Shown: piece after piece, positions 1 through 14,125 of the stretch
How positions within the stretch are numbered: position 1 is the stretch's first letter
How the letters are laid out: each line of letters begins with the position of its first letter
NCBI RefSeq assembly: GCF_009914755.1
Contig: NC_060948.1
Length of the DNA stretch: 64,000 nt
Strand: one strand, 5' to 3'
From: the human T2T-CHM13v2.0 reference genome, Homo sapiens
Notes under the pieces: generated by a model
Seen by the model: only the letters and a program-made list of their open reading frames with translations
What the model was told of the DNA's origin: nothing
Databases searched by the model: none
Made by a program: the position numbers and the translations under genes

Positions 1-3000
1 AGGGAATGAAATTGAATCAACAGGAATGGAAGGGAATAGAATAGACGGTAATGGAATGGACTCGAATAGAATGGACACGAATGCTCAAATTGAATGGACT
101 CGAATGGAATGGAAACGAAAGGAATGTCATCGAATGGAATTGAATCGATTGGAATGAAATCGCATAGAATGGAGTGGAATCAAATGGAATTGAATCGAAA
201 GGAAAGGAAGCGAATGGACTGAAATGAAATGGAATGGAATTGAATGGAAAGTAATGCGATGGAATAGAATGGAACGAAATTTCACGGAATGGAATCAAAC
301 TGAATGGAATCAAATCAATGGAATCAAATCAAATGGAATGGAAAGGAATTGAATGGAGTAGATGGGATTGGATGTGATTGGAATGAAATGTACTGGAAAG
401 GACTCGAATTTCATGAAACGGAATGGAATGAATTGGAACGGAATGGACTCGAATGGAATGGAATGTCATGGAATGGCATCAAATGGAATGGCATCAAATG
501 GAATGGAATCGAATGCAATGGAATGCTATGGAATGGAATGGAATGCATTGGAATGGAATGTCCTCTAATGGAATGGATTCGAGTGGAATGGAATTGAATA
601 TAATGGAGTCGAATGAAATGGAATTGAAAGGAATGGGATCGAATACAATGGAATATACTGGAATGTAACGTAATGAACTCGAATGTAATTGACTGGAATG
701 GAATGTACATGAATGGAATGTGATCGAATGGAAAGTAGTCCAATGGAATAGAATCTAATGCAATAAAATCGACTCAGATAGAGTAGAATGTAATGGAATG
801 GAGTGCAGTGCAATGGAATGGAATGGAATGGAATGGAATGGAATGGAATGGAATGGGATGGAATGGTATGGAATGGATAGTAATGGACTGGAGTGAAATG
901 GACTGGAAAGGAATGGACTCAAATTGAAAGGTCTCGAAAGGAATGGAGTCAAATGGAATGGTCTGGAATGGAATGAACACGAATGTAATGCAATCCAATA
1001 GAATGGAAACGAATGGCATGGAATATAAAGAAATGGAATCGAAGAGAATGGAAACAAATGGAATGAAATTGAATGGAACGGAATTGAATGGAATGTGAAC
1101 GAATGGAGTGAAATTGTATGCAGTAGAAGACAATAGAATGGAATGCAAGTGAAAGGAAAGGAATGGATTGGAATGGAATGGAATTCATTGGAATGGAAGG
1201 GAATGTAGTGTAATGGACAGGCCTGGAATAAAGTGGAATGCTACGGTCTCGAATGGAATAAAAATGTATGGAATGGAATGCAATGAAACGGAATCGAATG
1301 TCATAGAATGTAATGGAATGCAAAAAAATGGAATCCAAAATCATTGAATGGAAAGGCTGGGTGTCGAAAGGAATTGACTCCAATGGAATGGAATCGAATG
1401 GAATGGAAGTGAATAGAATCGAACTAAATCGAATGGAATGGAATTGATAGGAACGGAATGGAAAGGATTGCAATGATTTGGCATGGAATGGAATCGAATG
1501 GCATCGAATGGAATGGAATGGAATGCAATGGAATGGAATGTATTAGAATGTAATGAACTTTAATGGAATGTACTCGAATGGATTCGACTGGAATGGAATG
1601 TTCTGGAAGTGAATGGACTCCAATGGAATGGATTCAAAAGGAATGGAATCGTACGGAATGGAATCTAATGGAATGGAATTAAATGGAAATGAATCAAATT
1701 GAATAGCACGGAATTGAATTGAATGGAATCGAATGCAATGGAATCTAATGAAACGGAAAGGAAAGGAATGGAATGGAATGGAATGGACTGGAATGGAAAG
1801 GAATCGAAACGAATGCAATGGAATCGAACTGAAGAGACTGGAATGGAATGCACTGGAATGGAAGGGAGTGTAATGGAAGGTTCTCGAAAAAAATGGAATC
1901 GAATGGAATGCAATTGAATGGAACGGAATAGAGTCGAATGGAATTGAATGGAATGGAATGGACTAGAGTGAAATGGAATCGAACCACAAGGAATGGACAG
2001 GAATAGAATGGTCTCGAATTGAATGGAATCGTATGGAATGGCATCAAACGGAATGGAATGGACAGCCACGGAATGGAATGCACTCGAATGCAATGGAGTC
2101 GAAACTAATGGACTGGAATAGAATGGACTCGACTGGTACGGACTCCAATGGAATGGAATCGAATGGAAGGGAATCGAACGGAATGGACTCGAAGGGAAAA
2201 GACTGCAATGGAAAGGTCTCGAATGGAATGGAAATTAATGGAATGGAATGGAATCGAATGAAATGGAGTCAAAAGGAATGGAATCGAATGGCAAGAAATC
2301 GAATGTAATGGAATCGCAAGGAATTGATGTGAACGGAACGGAATGGAATGGAATCCAAAGGAATGGAATAGAATGGAATGGAATCGAATGGAAAGGACTC
2401 GAATGGAAATCACTCGAATAGAATGCAATTTAATAAAATAGGATCAAATGTAACAGAATGGAAAGGAAAGGAATCGAAACGGAAGGAATGGAGACAGTTG
2501 GAATGGAATGGAACAGAGAGCAATGGTATAGAATGGAATGGAATCATGTGGAATGGAATTGAATGGAATGGAATGATATGAAATGGAATGGAATGGAATG
2601 GAATGGAATGCCCTTGAATTAAATGGACTGGACTCGAACAGAGTGGAATGGAAAGTGTTGAGATAGAATGGAATGGACTCCTTTGGAATGGTGTAGTATG
2701 CAATGCAATCGACTGGCAGGGAATCAAAAGGAATGTAATCGAATGGATTGGACTGGAATGCAATGGACTCGAATAGATTGGAAACGGAATGCAAAGGAAT
2801 GGAATGGAATAGTATGGAATGCAATGGAAGGGAATGGAGTGGAATAGACTAGAGTGGAATGGAATGGACTGGAAAGCAATGGACTGGAATGGAACTTTCT
2901 TGGATGGACTGGAATCAAACGGAATGGAATGCAATGCAATCAAATGGCATGGAATAAAATAGAATGAAAGAGAATCAAATGGAATTGAATCGAATGGAAT

Positions 3001-3529
3001 CGAATGGATTGGAAAGGAATAGAATGGAATGGAATGGAATTGACTCAAATGGAATGGACTAGAATGGAATGGATTCGAATGGAAGGCAAAGGAATGGAAT
3101 CTATTGGAATGGACTGTAATGGAATGGAATGGAAGGGATTGCAATGGACTCGAATGGAATGGACTGCAATAGAAAGGATTCGAATGGAATGAAAAAGAAT
3201 TGAATGGAATAGAACAGAATGGAATCAAATCGAATGAAATGGAATGGAATAGAAAGGAATGGAATGAAATGGAATGGAAAGGATTCGAATGGAATGCAAT
3301 CGAATGGAATGGAATCGAACGGAATGGAATAAAATGGAAGAAAACTGGCAAGAAATGGAATCGAAAGGAATGGAGTGTTATGGAACGGACTCAAAAGGAA
3401 TTGAATGTAATAGAATGGAGTGGAGTGGACTCGAATATAATGGACTGGAATGGAATGAAATCACATGGAATGGGAACGAATGGAATGGAATGGAAAGGAA
3501 TGGAATCGAATGGAAAGGAATCGAATGGA
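1..3529 (+). repeat. Higher-order unit 1 (3529 bp, subfamily A); boundary arbitrarily set at AGGGAATGAAATTGAATCAACAGG
   Basis: Landmark recurs at 3530. Markers: TAACAGAATG, GAGACAGTTG, ATCATGTG, TTCTTGGATGG, and 10-bp-short ACTGGACTCG. Confidence 0.92.
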
Positions 3530-6500
3530 AGGGAATGAAATTGAATCAACAGGAATGGAAGGGAATAGAATAGACGGTAATGGAATGGACTCGAATAGAA
3601 TGGACACGAATGCTCAAATTGAATGGACTCGAATGGAATGGAAACGAAAGGAATGTCATCGAATGGAATTGAATCGATTGGAATGAAATCGCATAGAATG
3701 GAGTGGAATCAAATGGAATTGAATCGAAAGGAAAGGAAGCGAATGGACTGAAATGAAATGGAATGGAATTGAATGGAAAGTAATGCGATGGAATAGAATG
3801 GAACGAAATTTCACGGAATGGAATCAAACTGAATGGAATCAAATCAATGGAATCAAATCAAATGGAATGGAAAGGAATTGAATGGAGTAGATGGGATTGG
3901 ATGTGATTGGAATGAAATGTACTGGAAAGGACTCGAATTTCATGAAACGGAATGGAATGAATTGGAACGGAATGGACTCGAATGGAATGGAATGTCATGG
4001 AATGGCATCAAATGGAATGGCATCAAATGGAATGGAATCGAATGCAATGGAATGCTATGGAATGGAATGGAATGCATTGGAATGGAATGTCCTCTAATGG
4101 AATGGATTCGAGTGGAATGGAATTGAATATAATGGAGTCGAATGAAATGGAATTGAAAGGAATGGGATCGAATACAATGGAATATACTGGAATGTAACGT
4201 AATGAACTCGAATGTAATTGACTGGAATGGAATGTACATGAATGGAATGTGATCGAATGGAAAGTAGTCCAATGGAATAGAATCTAATGCAATAAAATCG
4301 ACTCAGATAGAGTAGAATGTAATGGAATGGAGTGCAGTGCAATGGAATGGAATGGAATGGAATGGAATGGAATGGAATGGAATGGGATGGAATGGTATGG
4401 AATGGATAGTAATGGACTGGAGTGAAATGGACTGGAAAGGAATGGACTCAAATTGAAAGGTCTCGAAAGGAATGGAGTCAAATGGAATGGTCTGGAATGG
4501 AATGAACACGAATGTAATGCAATCCAATAGAATGGAAACGAATGGCATGGAATATAAAGAAATGGAATCGAAGAGAATGGAAACAAATGGAATGAAATTG
4601 AATGGAACGGAATTGAATGGAATGTGAACGAATGGAGTGAAATTGTATGCAGTAGAAGACAATAGAATGGAATGCAAGTGAAAGGAAAGGAATGGATTGG
4701 AATGGAATGGAATTCATTGGAATGGAAGGGAATGTAGTGTAATGGACAGGCCTGGAATAAAGTGGAATGCTACGGTCTCGAATGGAATAAAAATGTATGG
4801 AATGGAATGCAATGAAACGGAATCGAATGTCATAGAATGTAATGGAATGCAAAAAAATGGAATCCAAAATCATTGAATGGAAAGGCTGGGTGTCGAAAGG
4901 AATTGACTCCAATGGAATGGAATCGAATGGAATGGAAGTGAATAGAATCGAACTAAATCGAATGGAATGGAATTGATAGGAACGGAATGGAAAGGATTGC
5001 AATGATTTGGCATGGAATGGAATCGAATGGCATCGAATGGAATGGAATGGAATGCAATGGAATGGAATGTATTAGAATGTAATGAACTTTAATGGAATGT
5101 ACTCGAATGGATTCGACTGGAATGGAATGTTCTGGAAGTGAATGGACTCCAATGGAATGGATTCAAAAGGAATGGAATCGTACGGAATGGAATCTAATGG
5201 AATGGAATTAAATGGAAATGAATCAAATTGAATAGCACGGAATTGAATTGAATGGAATCGAATGCAATGGAATCTAATGAAACGGAAAGGAAAGGAATGG
5301 AATGGAATGGAATGGACTGGAATGGAAAGGAATCGAAACGAATGCAATGGAATCGAACTGAAGAGACTGGAATGGAATGCACTGGAATGGAAGGGAGTGT
5401 AATGGAAGGTTCTCGAAAAAAATGGAATCGAATGGAATGCAATTGAATGGAACGGAATAGAGTCGAATGGAATTGAATGGAATGGAATGGACTAGAGTGA
5501 AATGGAATCGAACCACAAGGAATGGACAGGAATAGAATGGTCTCGAATTGAATGGAATCGTATGGAATGGCATCAAACGGAATGGAATGGACAGCCACGG
5601 AATGGAATGCACTCGAATGCAATGGAGTCGAAACTAATGGACTGGAATAGAATGGACTCGACTGGTACGGACTCCAATGGAATGGAATCGAATGGAAGGG
5701 AATCGAACGGAATGGACTCGAAGGGAAAAGACTGCAATGGAAAGGTCTCGAATGGAATGGAAATTAATGGAATGGAATGGAATCGAATGAAATGGAGTCA
5801 AAAGGAATGGAATCGAATGGCAAGAAATCGAATGTAATGGAATCGCAAGGAATTGATGTGAACGGAACGGAATGGAATGGAATCCAAAGGAATGGAATAG
5901 AATGGAATGGAATCGAATGGAAAGGACTCGAATGGAAATCACTCGAATAGAATGCAATTTAATAAAATAGGATCAAATGTAACAGAATGGAAAGGAAAGG
6001 AATCGAAACGGAAGGAATGGAGACAGTTGGAATGGAATGGAACAGAGAGCAATGGTATAGAATGGAATGGAATCATGTGGAATGGAATTGAATGGAATGG
6101 AATGATATGAAATGGAATGGAATGGAATGGAATGGAATGCCCTTGAATTAAATGGACTGGACTCGAACAGAGTGGAATGGAAAGTGTTGAGATAGAATGG
6201 AATGGACTCCTTTGGAATGGTGTAGTATGCAATGCAATCGACTGGCAGGGAATCAAAAGGAATGTAATCGAATGGATTGGACTGGAATGCAATGGACTCG
6301 AATAGATTGGAAACGGAATGCAAAGGAATGGAATGGAATAGTATGGAATGCAATGGAAGGGAATGGAGTGGAATAGACTAGAGTGGAATGGAATGGACTG
6401 GAAAGCAATGGACTGGAATGGAACTTTCTTGGATGGACTGGAATCAAACGGAATGGAATGCAATGCAATCAAATGGCATGGAATAAAATAGAATGAAAGA

Positions 6501-7058
6501 GAATCAAATGGAATTGAATCGAATGGAATCGAATGGATTGGAAAGGAATAGAATGGAATGGAATGGAATTGACTCAAATGGAATGGACTAGAATGGAATG
6601 GATTCGAATGGAAGGCAAAGGAATGGAATCTATTGGAATGGACTGTAATGGAATGGAATGGAAGGGATTGCAATGGACTCGAATGGAATGGACTGCAATA
6701 GAAAGGATTCGAATGGAATGAAAAAGAATTGAATGGAATAGAACAGAATGGAATCAAATCGAATGAAATGGAATGGAATAGAAAGGAATGGAATGAAATG
6801 GAATGGAAAGGATTCGAATGGAATGCAATCGAATGGAATGGAATCGAACGGAATGGAATAAAATGGAAGAAAACTGGCAAGAAATGGAATCGAAAGGAAT
6901 GGAGTGTTATGGAACGGACTCAAAAGGAATTGAATGTAATAGAATGGAGTGGAGTGGACTCGAATATAATGGACTGGAATGGAATGAAATCACATGGAAT
7001 GGGAACGAATGGAATGGAATGGAAAGGAATGGAATCGAATGGAAAGGAATCGAATGGA
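3530..7058 (+). repeat. Higher-order unit 2 (3529 bp, subfamily A)
   Basis: All ORF translations are identical to unit 1 at offset +3529. Confidence 0.92.
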
Positions 7059-10000
7059 AGGGAATGAAATTGAATCAACAGGAATGGAAGGGAATAGAAT
7101 AGACGGTAATGGAATGGACTCGAATAGAATGGACACGAATGCTCAAATTGAATGGACTCGAATGGAATGGAAACGAAAGGAATGTCATCGAATGGAATTG
7201 AATCGATTGGAATGAAATCGCATAGAATGGAGTGGAATCAAATGGAATTGAATCGAAAGGAAAGGAAGCGAATGGACTGAAATGAAATGGAATGGAATTG
7301 AATGGAAAGTAATGCGATGGAATAGAATGGAACGAAATTTCACGGAATGGAATCAAACTGAATGGAATCAAATCAATGGAATCAAATCAAATGGAATGGA
7401 AAGGAATTGAATGGAGTAGATGGGATTGGATGTGATTGGAATGAAATGTACTGGAAAGGACTCGAATTTCATGAAACGGAATGGAATGAATTGGAACGGA
7501 ATGGACTCGAATGGAATGGAATGTCATGGAATGGCATCAAATGGAATGGCATCAAATGGAATGGAATCGAATGCAATGGAATGCTATGGAATGGAATGGA
7601 ATGCATTGGAATGGAATGTCCTCTAATGGAATGGATTCGAGTGGAATGGAATTGAATATAATGGAGTCGAATGAAATGGAATTGAAAGGAATGGGATCGA
7701 ATACAATGGAATATACTGGAATGTAACGTAATGAACTCGAATGTAATTGACTGGAATGGAATGTACATGAATGGAATGTGATCGAATGGAAAGTAGTCCA
7801 ATGGAATAGAATCTAATGCAATAAAATCGACTCAGATAGAGTAGAATGTAATGGAATGGAGTGCAGTGCAATGGAATGGAATGGAATGGAATGGAATGGA
7901 ATGGAATGGAATGGGATGGAATGGTATGGAATGGATAGTAATGGACTGGAGTGAAATGGACTGGAAAGGAATGGACTCAAATTGAAAGGTCTCGAAAGGA
8001 ATGGAGTCAAATGGAATGGTCTGGAATGGAATGAACACGAATGTAATGCAATCCAATAGAATGGAAACGAATGGCATGGAATATAAAGAAATGGAATCGA
8101 AGAGAATGGAAACAAATGGAATGAAATTGAATGGAACGGAATTGAATGGAATGTGAACGAATGGAGTGAAATTGTATGCAGTAGAAGACAATAGAATGGA
8201 ATGCAAGTGAAAGGAAAGGAATGGATTGGAATGGAATGGAATTCATTGGAATGGAAGGGAATGTAGTGTAATGGACAGGCCTGGAATAAAGTGGAATGCT
8301 ACGGTCTCGAATGGAATAAAAATGTATGGAATGGAATGCAATGAAACGGAATCGAATGTCATAGAATGTAATGGAATGCAAAAAAATGGAATCCAAAATC
8401 ATTGAATGGAAAGGCTGGGTGTCGAAAGGAATTGACTCCAATGGAATGGAATCGAATGGAATGGAAGTGAATAGAATCGAACTAAATCGAATGGAATGGA
8501 ATTGATAGGAACGGAATGGAAAGGATTGCAATGATTTGGCATGGAATGGAATCGAATGGCATCGAATGGAATGGAATGGAATGCAATGGAATGGAATGTA
8601 TTAGAATGTAATGAACTTTAATGGAATGTACTCGAATGGATTCGACTGGAATGGAATGTTCTGGAAGTGAATGGACTCCAATGGAATGGATTCAAAAGGA
8701 ATGGAATCGTACGGAATGGAATCTAATGGAATGGAATTAAATGGAAATGAATCAAATTGAATAGCACGGAATTGAATTGAATGGAATCGAATGCAATGGA
8801 ATCTAATGAAACGGAAAGGAAAGGAATGGAATGGAATGGAATGGACTGGAATGGAAAGGAATCGAAACGAATGCAATGGAATCGAACTGAAGAGACTGGA
8901 ATGGAATGCACTGGAATGGAAGGGAGTGTAATGGAAGGTTCTCGAAAAAAATGGAATCGAATGGAATGCAATTGAATGGAACGGAATAGAGTCGAATGGA
9001 ATTGAATGGAATGGAATGGACTAGAGTGAAATGGAATCGAACCACAAGGAATGGACAGGAATAGAATGGTCTCGAATTGAATGGAATCGTATGGAATGGC
9101 ATCAAACGGAATGGAATGGACAGCCACGGAATGGAATGCACTCGAATGCAATGGAGTCGAAACTAATGGACTGGAATAGAATGGACTCGACTGGTACGGA
9201 CTCCAATGGAATGGAATCGAATGGAAGGGAATCGAACGGAATGGACTCGAAGGGAAAAGACTGCAATGGAAAGGTCTCGAATGGAATGGAAATTAATGGA
9301 ATGGAATGGAATCGAATGAAATGGAGTCAAAAGGAATGGAATCGAATGGCAAGAAATCGAATGTAATGGAATCGCAAGGAATTGATGTGAACGGAACGGA
9401 ATGGAATGGAATCCAAAGGAATGGAATAGAATGGAATGGAATCGAATGGAAAGGACTCGAATGGAAATCACTCGAATAGAATGCAATTTAATAAAATAGG
9501 ATCAAATGTAACAGAATGGAAAGGAAAGGAATCGAAACGGAAGGAATGGAGACAGTTGGAATGGAATGGAACAGAGAGCAATGGTATAGAATGGAATGGA
9601 ATCATGTGGAATGGAATTGAATGGAATGGAATGATATGAAATGGAATGGAATGGAATGGAATGGAATGCCCTTGAATTAAATGGACTGGACTCGAACAGA
9701 GTGGAATGGAAAGTGTTGAGATAGAATGGAATGGACTCCTTTGGAATGGTGTAGTATGCAATGCAATCGACTGGCAGGGAATCAAAAGGAATGTAATCGA
9801 ATGGATTGGACTGGAATGCAATGGACTCGAATAGATTGGAAACGGAATGCAAAGGAATGGAATGGAATAGTATGGAATGCAATGGAAGGGAATGGAGTGG
9901 AATAGACTAGAGTGGAATGGAATGGACTGGAAAGCAATGGACTGGAATGGAACTTTCTTGGATGGACTGGAATCAAACGGAATGTAATGCAATGCAATCA

Positions 10001-10587
10001 AATGGCATGGAATAAAATAGAATGAAAGAGAATCAAATGGAATTGAATCGAATGGAATCGAATGGATTGGAAAGGAATAGAATGGAATGGAATGGAATTG
10101 ACTCAAATGGAATGGACTAGAATGGAATGGATTCGAATGGAAGGCAAAGGAATGGAATCTATTGGAATGGACTGTAATGGAATGGAATGGAAGGGATTGG
10201 AATGGACTCGAATGGAATGGACTGCAATAGAAAGGATTCGAATGGAATGAAAAAGAATTGAATGGAATAGAACAGAATGGAATCAAATCGAATGAAATGG
10301 AATGGAATAGAAAGGAATGGAATGAAATGGAATGGAAAGGATTCGAATGGAATGCAATCGAATGGAATGGAATCGAACGGAATGGAATAAAATGGAAGAA
10401 AACTGGCAAGAAATGGAATCGAAAGGAATGGAGTGTTATGGAACGGACTCAAAAGGAATTGAATGTAATAGAATGGAGTGGAGTGGACTCGAATATAATG
10501 GACTGGAATGGAATGAAATCACATGGAATGGGAACGAATGGAATGGAATGGAAAGGAATGGAATCGAATGGAAAGGAATCGAATGGA
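7059..10587 (+). repeat. Higher-order unit 3 (3529 bp, subfamily A)
   Basis: Offset +7058 from unit 1. Differences seen only near 9985 (G>T) and 10200 (C>G). Confidence 0.92.
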
Positions 10588-13500
10588 AGGGAATGAAATT
10601 GAATCAACAGGAATGGAAGGCAATAGAATAGACTGTAATGGAATGGACTCGAATAGAATGGACACGAATGCTCAAATTAAATGGACTCGAATGGAATGGA
10701 AACGAAAGGAATGTCATCGAATGGAATTGAATCGATTGGAATGAAATCGCATAGAATGGAGTGGAATCAAATGGAATTGAATCGAAAGGAAAGGAAGCGA
10801 ATGGACTGAAATGAAATGGAATGGAATTGAATGGAAAGTAATGCGATGGAATAGAATGGAACGAAATTTCACGGAATGGAATCAAACTGAATGGAATCAC
10901 ATCAATGGAATCAAATCAAATGGAATGGAAAGGAATTGAATGGAGTAGATGGGATTGGATGTGATTGGAATGAAATGTACTGGAAAGGACTCGAATTTCA
11001 TGAAACGGAATGGAATGAATTGGAACGGAATGGACTCGAATGGAATGGAATGTCATGGAATGGCATCAAATGGAATGGCATCAAATGGAATGGAATCGAA
11101 TGCAATGGAATGCTATGGAATGGAATGGAATGCATTGGAATGGAATGTCCTCTAATGGAATGGATTCGAGTGGAATGGAATTGAATATAATGGAGTCGAA
11201 TGAAATGGAATTGAAAGGAATGGGATCGAATACAATGGAATATACAGGAATGTAACGTAATGAACTCGAATGTAATTGACTGGAATGGAATGTACATGAA
11301 TGGAATGTAATCGAATGGAAAGTAATCCAATGGAATAGAATCTAATGCAATAAAATCGACTCAGATAGAGTAGAATGTAAAGGAATGGAGTGCAGTGCAA
11401 TGGAATGGAATGGAATGGAATGCAATGGAATGGAATGGAATGGAATGGAATGGGATGGAATGGTATGGAATGGATAGTAATGGACTGGAGTGAAATGGAC
11501 TGGAAAGGAATGGACTCAAATTGAAAGGGCTCGAAAGGAATGGAGACAAATGGAATGGTCTGGAATGGAATGAACACGAATGTAATGCAATCCAATAGAA
11601 TGGAGTCGAATGGCATGGAATATAAAGAAATGGAATCGAAGAGAATGGAAACAAATGGAATGGAATTGAATGGAATGGAATTGAATGGAATGGGAACGAA
11701 TGGAGTGAAATTGTATGCAGTAGAAGAGAATAGAATGGAATGCAAGGAAAGGAAAGGAATGGATTGGAATGGAATGGAATTCATTGGAATGGAAGGGAAT
11801 GTAGTGTAATGGACAGGCCTGGAATAAAGTGGAATGCTACGGTCTCGAATGGAATAAAAATGTATGGAATGGAATGCAATGAAACGGAATCGAATGTCAT
11901 AGAATGTAATGGAATGCAACAAAATGGAATCCAAAATCATTGACTGGAAAGGCTGGGTGTCGAAAGGAATTGACTCCAATGGAATGGAATCGAATGGAAT
12001 GGAAGTGAATAGAATCGAACTAAATCGAATGGAATGGAATTGATAGGAACGGAATGGAAAGGAATGCAATGATTTGGCATGGAATGGAATCGAATGGCAT
12101 CGAATGGAATGGAATGGAATGCAATGGAATGGAATGTATTAGAATACAATGAACTTTAATGGAATGTACTCGAATGGATTCGACTGGAATGGAATGTTCT
12201 GGAAGTGAATGGACTCCAATGGAATGGATTCAAAAGGAATGGAATCGTACGGAATGGAATCTAATGGAATGGAATTAAATGGAAATGAATCAAATTGAAT
12301 AGCACGGAATTGAATTGAATGGAATCGAATGAAATGGAATCTAATGAAACGGAAAGGAAAGGAATGGAATGGAATGGAATGGACTGGAATGGAAAGGAAT
12401 CGAAACGAATGGAATGGAATCGAACTGAAGAGACTGGAATGGAATGCACTGGAATGGAAGGGAGTGTAATGGAAGGTTCTCGAAAAAAATGGAATCGAAT
12501 GGAATGGAATTGAATGGAACGGAATAGAGTCGAATGGAATTGAATGGAATGGAATGGACTAGAGTGAAATGGAATCGAACCACAAGGAATGGACAGGAAA
12601 AGAATGGTCTCGAATTGAATGGAATCGTATGGAATGGCATCAAACGGAATGGAATGGACAGCCACGGAATGGAATGCACTCGAATGCAATGGAGTCGAAA
12701 CTAATGGACTGGAATAGAATGGACTCGACTGGTACGGACTCCAATGGAATGGAATCGAATGGAAGGGAATCGAACGGAATGGACTCGAAGGGAAAAGACT
12801 GCAATGGAAAGGTCTCGAATGGAATGGAAATTAATGGAATGGAATGGAATCGAATGAAATGGAGTCAAAAGGAATGGAATCGAATGGCAAGAAATCGAAT
12901 GTAATGGAATCGCAAGGAATTGATGTGAACGGAACGGAATGGAATGGAATCCAAAGGAATGGAATAGAATGGAATGGAATCGAATGGAAAGGACTCGAAT
13001 GGAAATCACTCGAATAGAATGCAATTTAATAAAATAGGATCAAATGTAATGGAATGGAATGGAAAGGAATCGAAACGAAAGGAATGGAGACAGATGGAAT
13101 GGAATGGAACAGAGAGCAATGGTATAGAATGGAATGGAATCATCTGGAATGGAATTGAATGGAATGGAATAATATGAAATGGAATGGAATGGAATGGAAT
13201 GGAATGCCCTTGAATTAAATGGACTGGACTCGAACAGATTGGAATGGAAAGTGTTGAGATAGAATGGAATGGACTCCTTTGGAATGGTGTAGTATGCAAT
13301 GCAATCGACTGGCAGGGAATCAAAAGGAATGTAATCGAATGGATTGGACTGGAATGCAATGGACTCGAATAGATTGGAAACGGAATGCAAAGGAATGGAA
13401 TGGAATAGTATGGAATGGAATGGAAAGGAATGGAGTGGAATAGACTAGAGTGGAATGGAATGGACTGGAAAGCAATGGACTGGAATGGAACATTCTTGAA

Positions 13501-14125
13501 TGGACTGGAATCAAACGGAATGGAATGCAATGCAATCAAATGGCATGGAATAAAATAGAATGAAAGAGAATCAAATGGAATTGAATCGAATGGAATCGAA
13601 TGGATTGGAAAGGAATAGAATGGAATGGAATGGAATTGACTCAAATGGAATGGACTAGAATGGAATGGATTCGAATGGAAGGCAAAGGAATGGAATCTAT
13701 TGGAATGGACTGTAATGGAATGGAATGGAAAGGATTGGAATGGACTCGAATGGAATGGACTGCAATAGAAAGGATTCGAATGGAATGAAAAAGAATTGAA
13801 TGGAATAGAACAGAATGGAATCAAATCGAATGAAATGGAATGGAATAGAAAGGAATGGAATGAAATGGAATGGAAAGGATGCGAATGGAATGTAATCGAA
13901 TGGAATGGAATCGAACGGAATGGAATAAAATGGAAGAAAACTGGCAAGAAATGGAATCGAAATGAATGGAGTGTTATGGAACGGACTCAAAAGGAATTGA
14001 ATGTAATAGAATGGAGTGGAGTGGACTCGAATATAATGGACTGGAATGGAATGAAATCACATGGAATGGGAACGAATGGAATGGAATGGAAAGGAATGGA
14101 ATCGAATGGAAAGGAATCGAATGGA
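10588..14125 (+). repeat. Higher-order unit 4 (3538 bp, mosaic)
   Basis: Landmarks at 10588 and 14126. A-type markers to ~11260, non-A afterwards. 1-bp deletion at ~11747. Confidence 0.9.

Noticed and set aside
1350-1370. Less repetitive-looking islands (GAAAGGCTGGGTGTCG, GACAGCCACGG, CTGGCAGGG) as inserted foreign DNA
   Set aside because: Under 20 bp, remain in the 5-bp register, have no target-site duplications and recur in every unit; they are diverged pentamers.
1881-1892. TTCTCGAA as a heat-shock element
   Set aside because: Only two inverted nGAAn units are evident (GTTCTCGAAA); a canonical element needs three, and GAA is ubiquitous here.
2426-2445. AT-rich AATTTAATAAAATAGG and other AATAAA hexamers (~762, ~1227, ~2953, ~3328) as poly(A) or TATA signals
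   Set aside because: They sit in pentamer register and arise by G>A/T changes of GGAAT; no supporting downstream element or transcript evidence.
2410-3351. Longest recurring ORF (270-318 aa, minus strand, MPVFFHFIPF...) present in every unit
   Set aside because: Low-complexity IPFHS translation of (ATTCC)n, which lacks stop codons by construction. Its 3' frame and length change whenever a pentamer is gained or lost, so there is no coding constraint.
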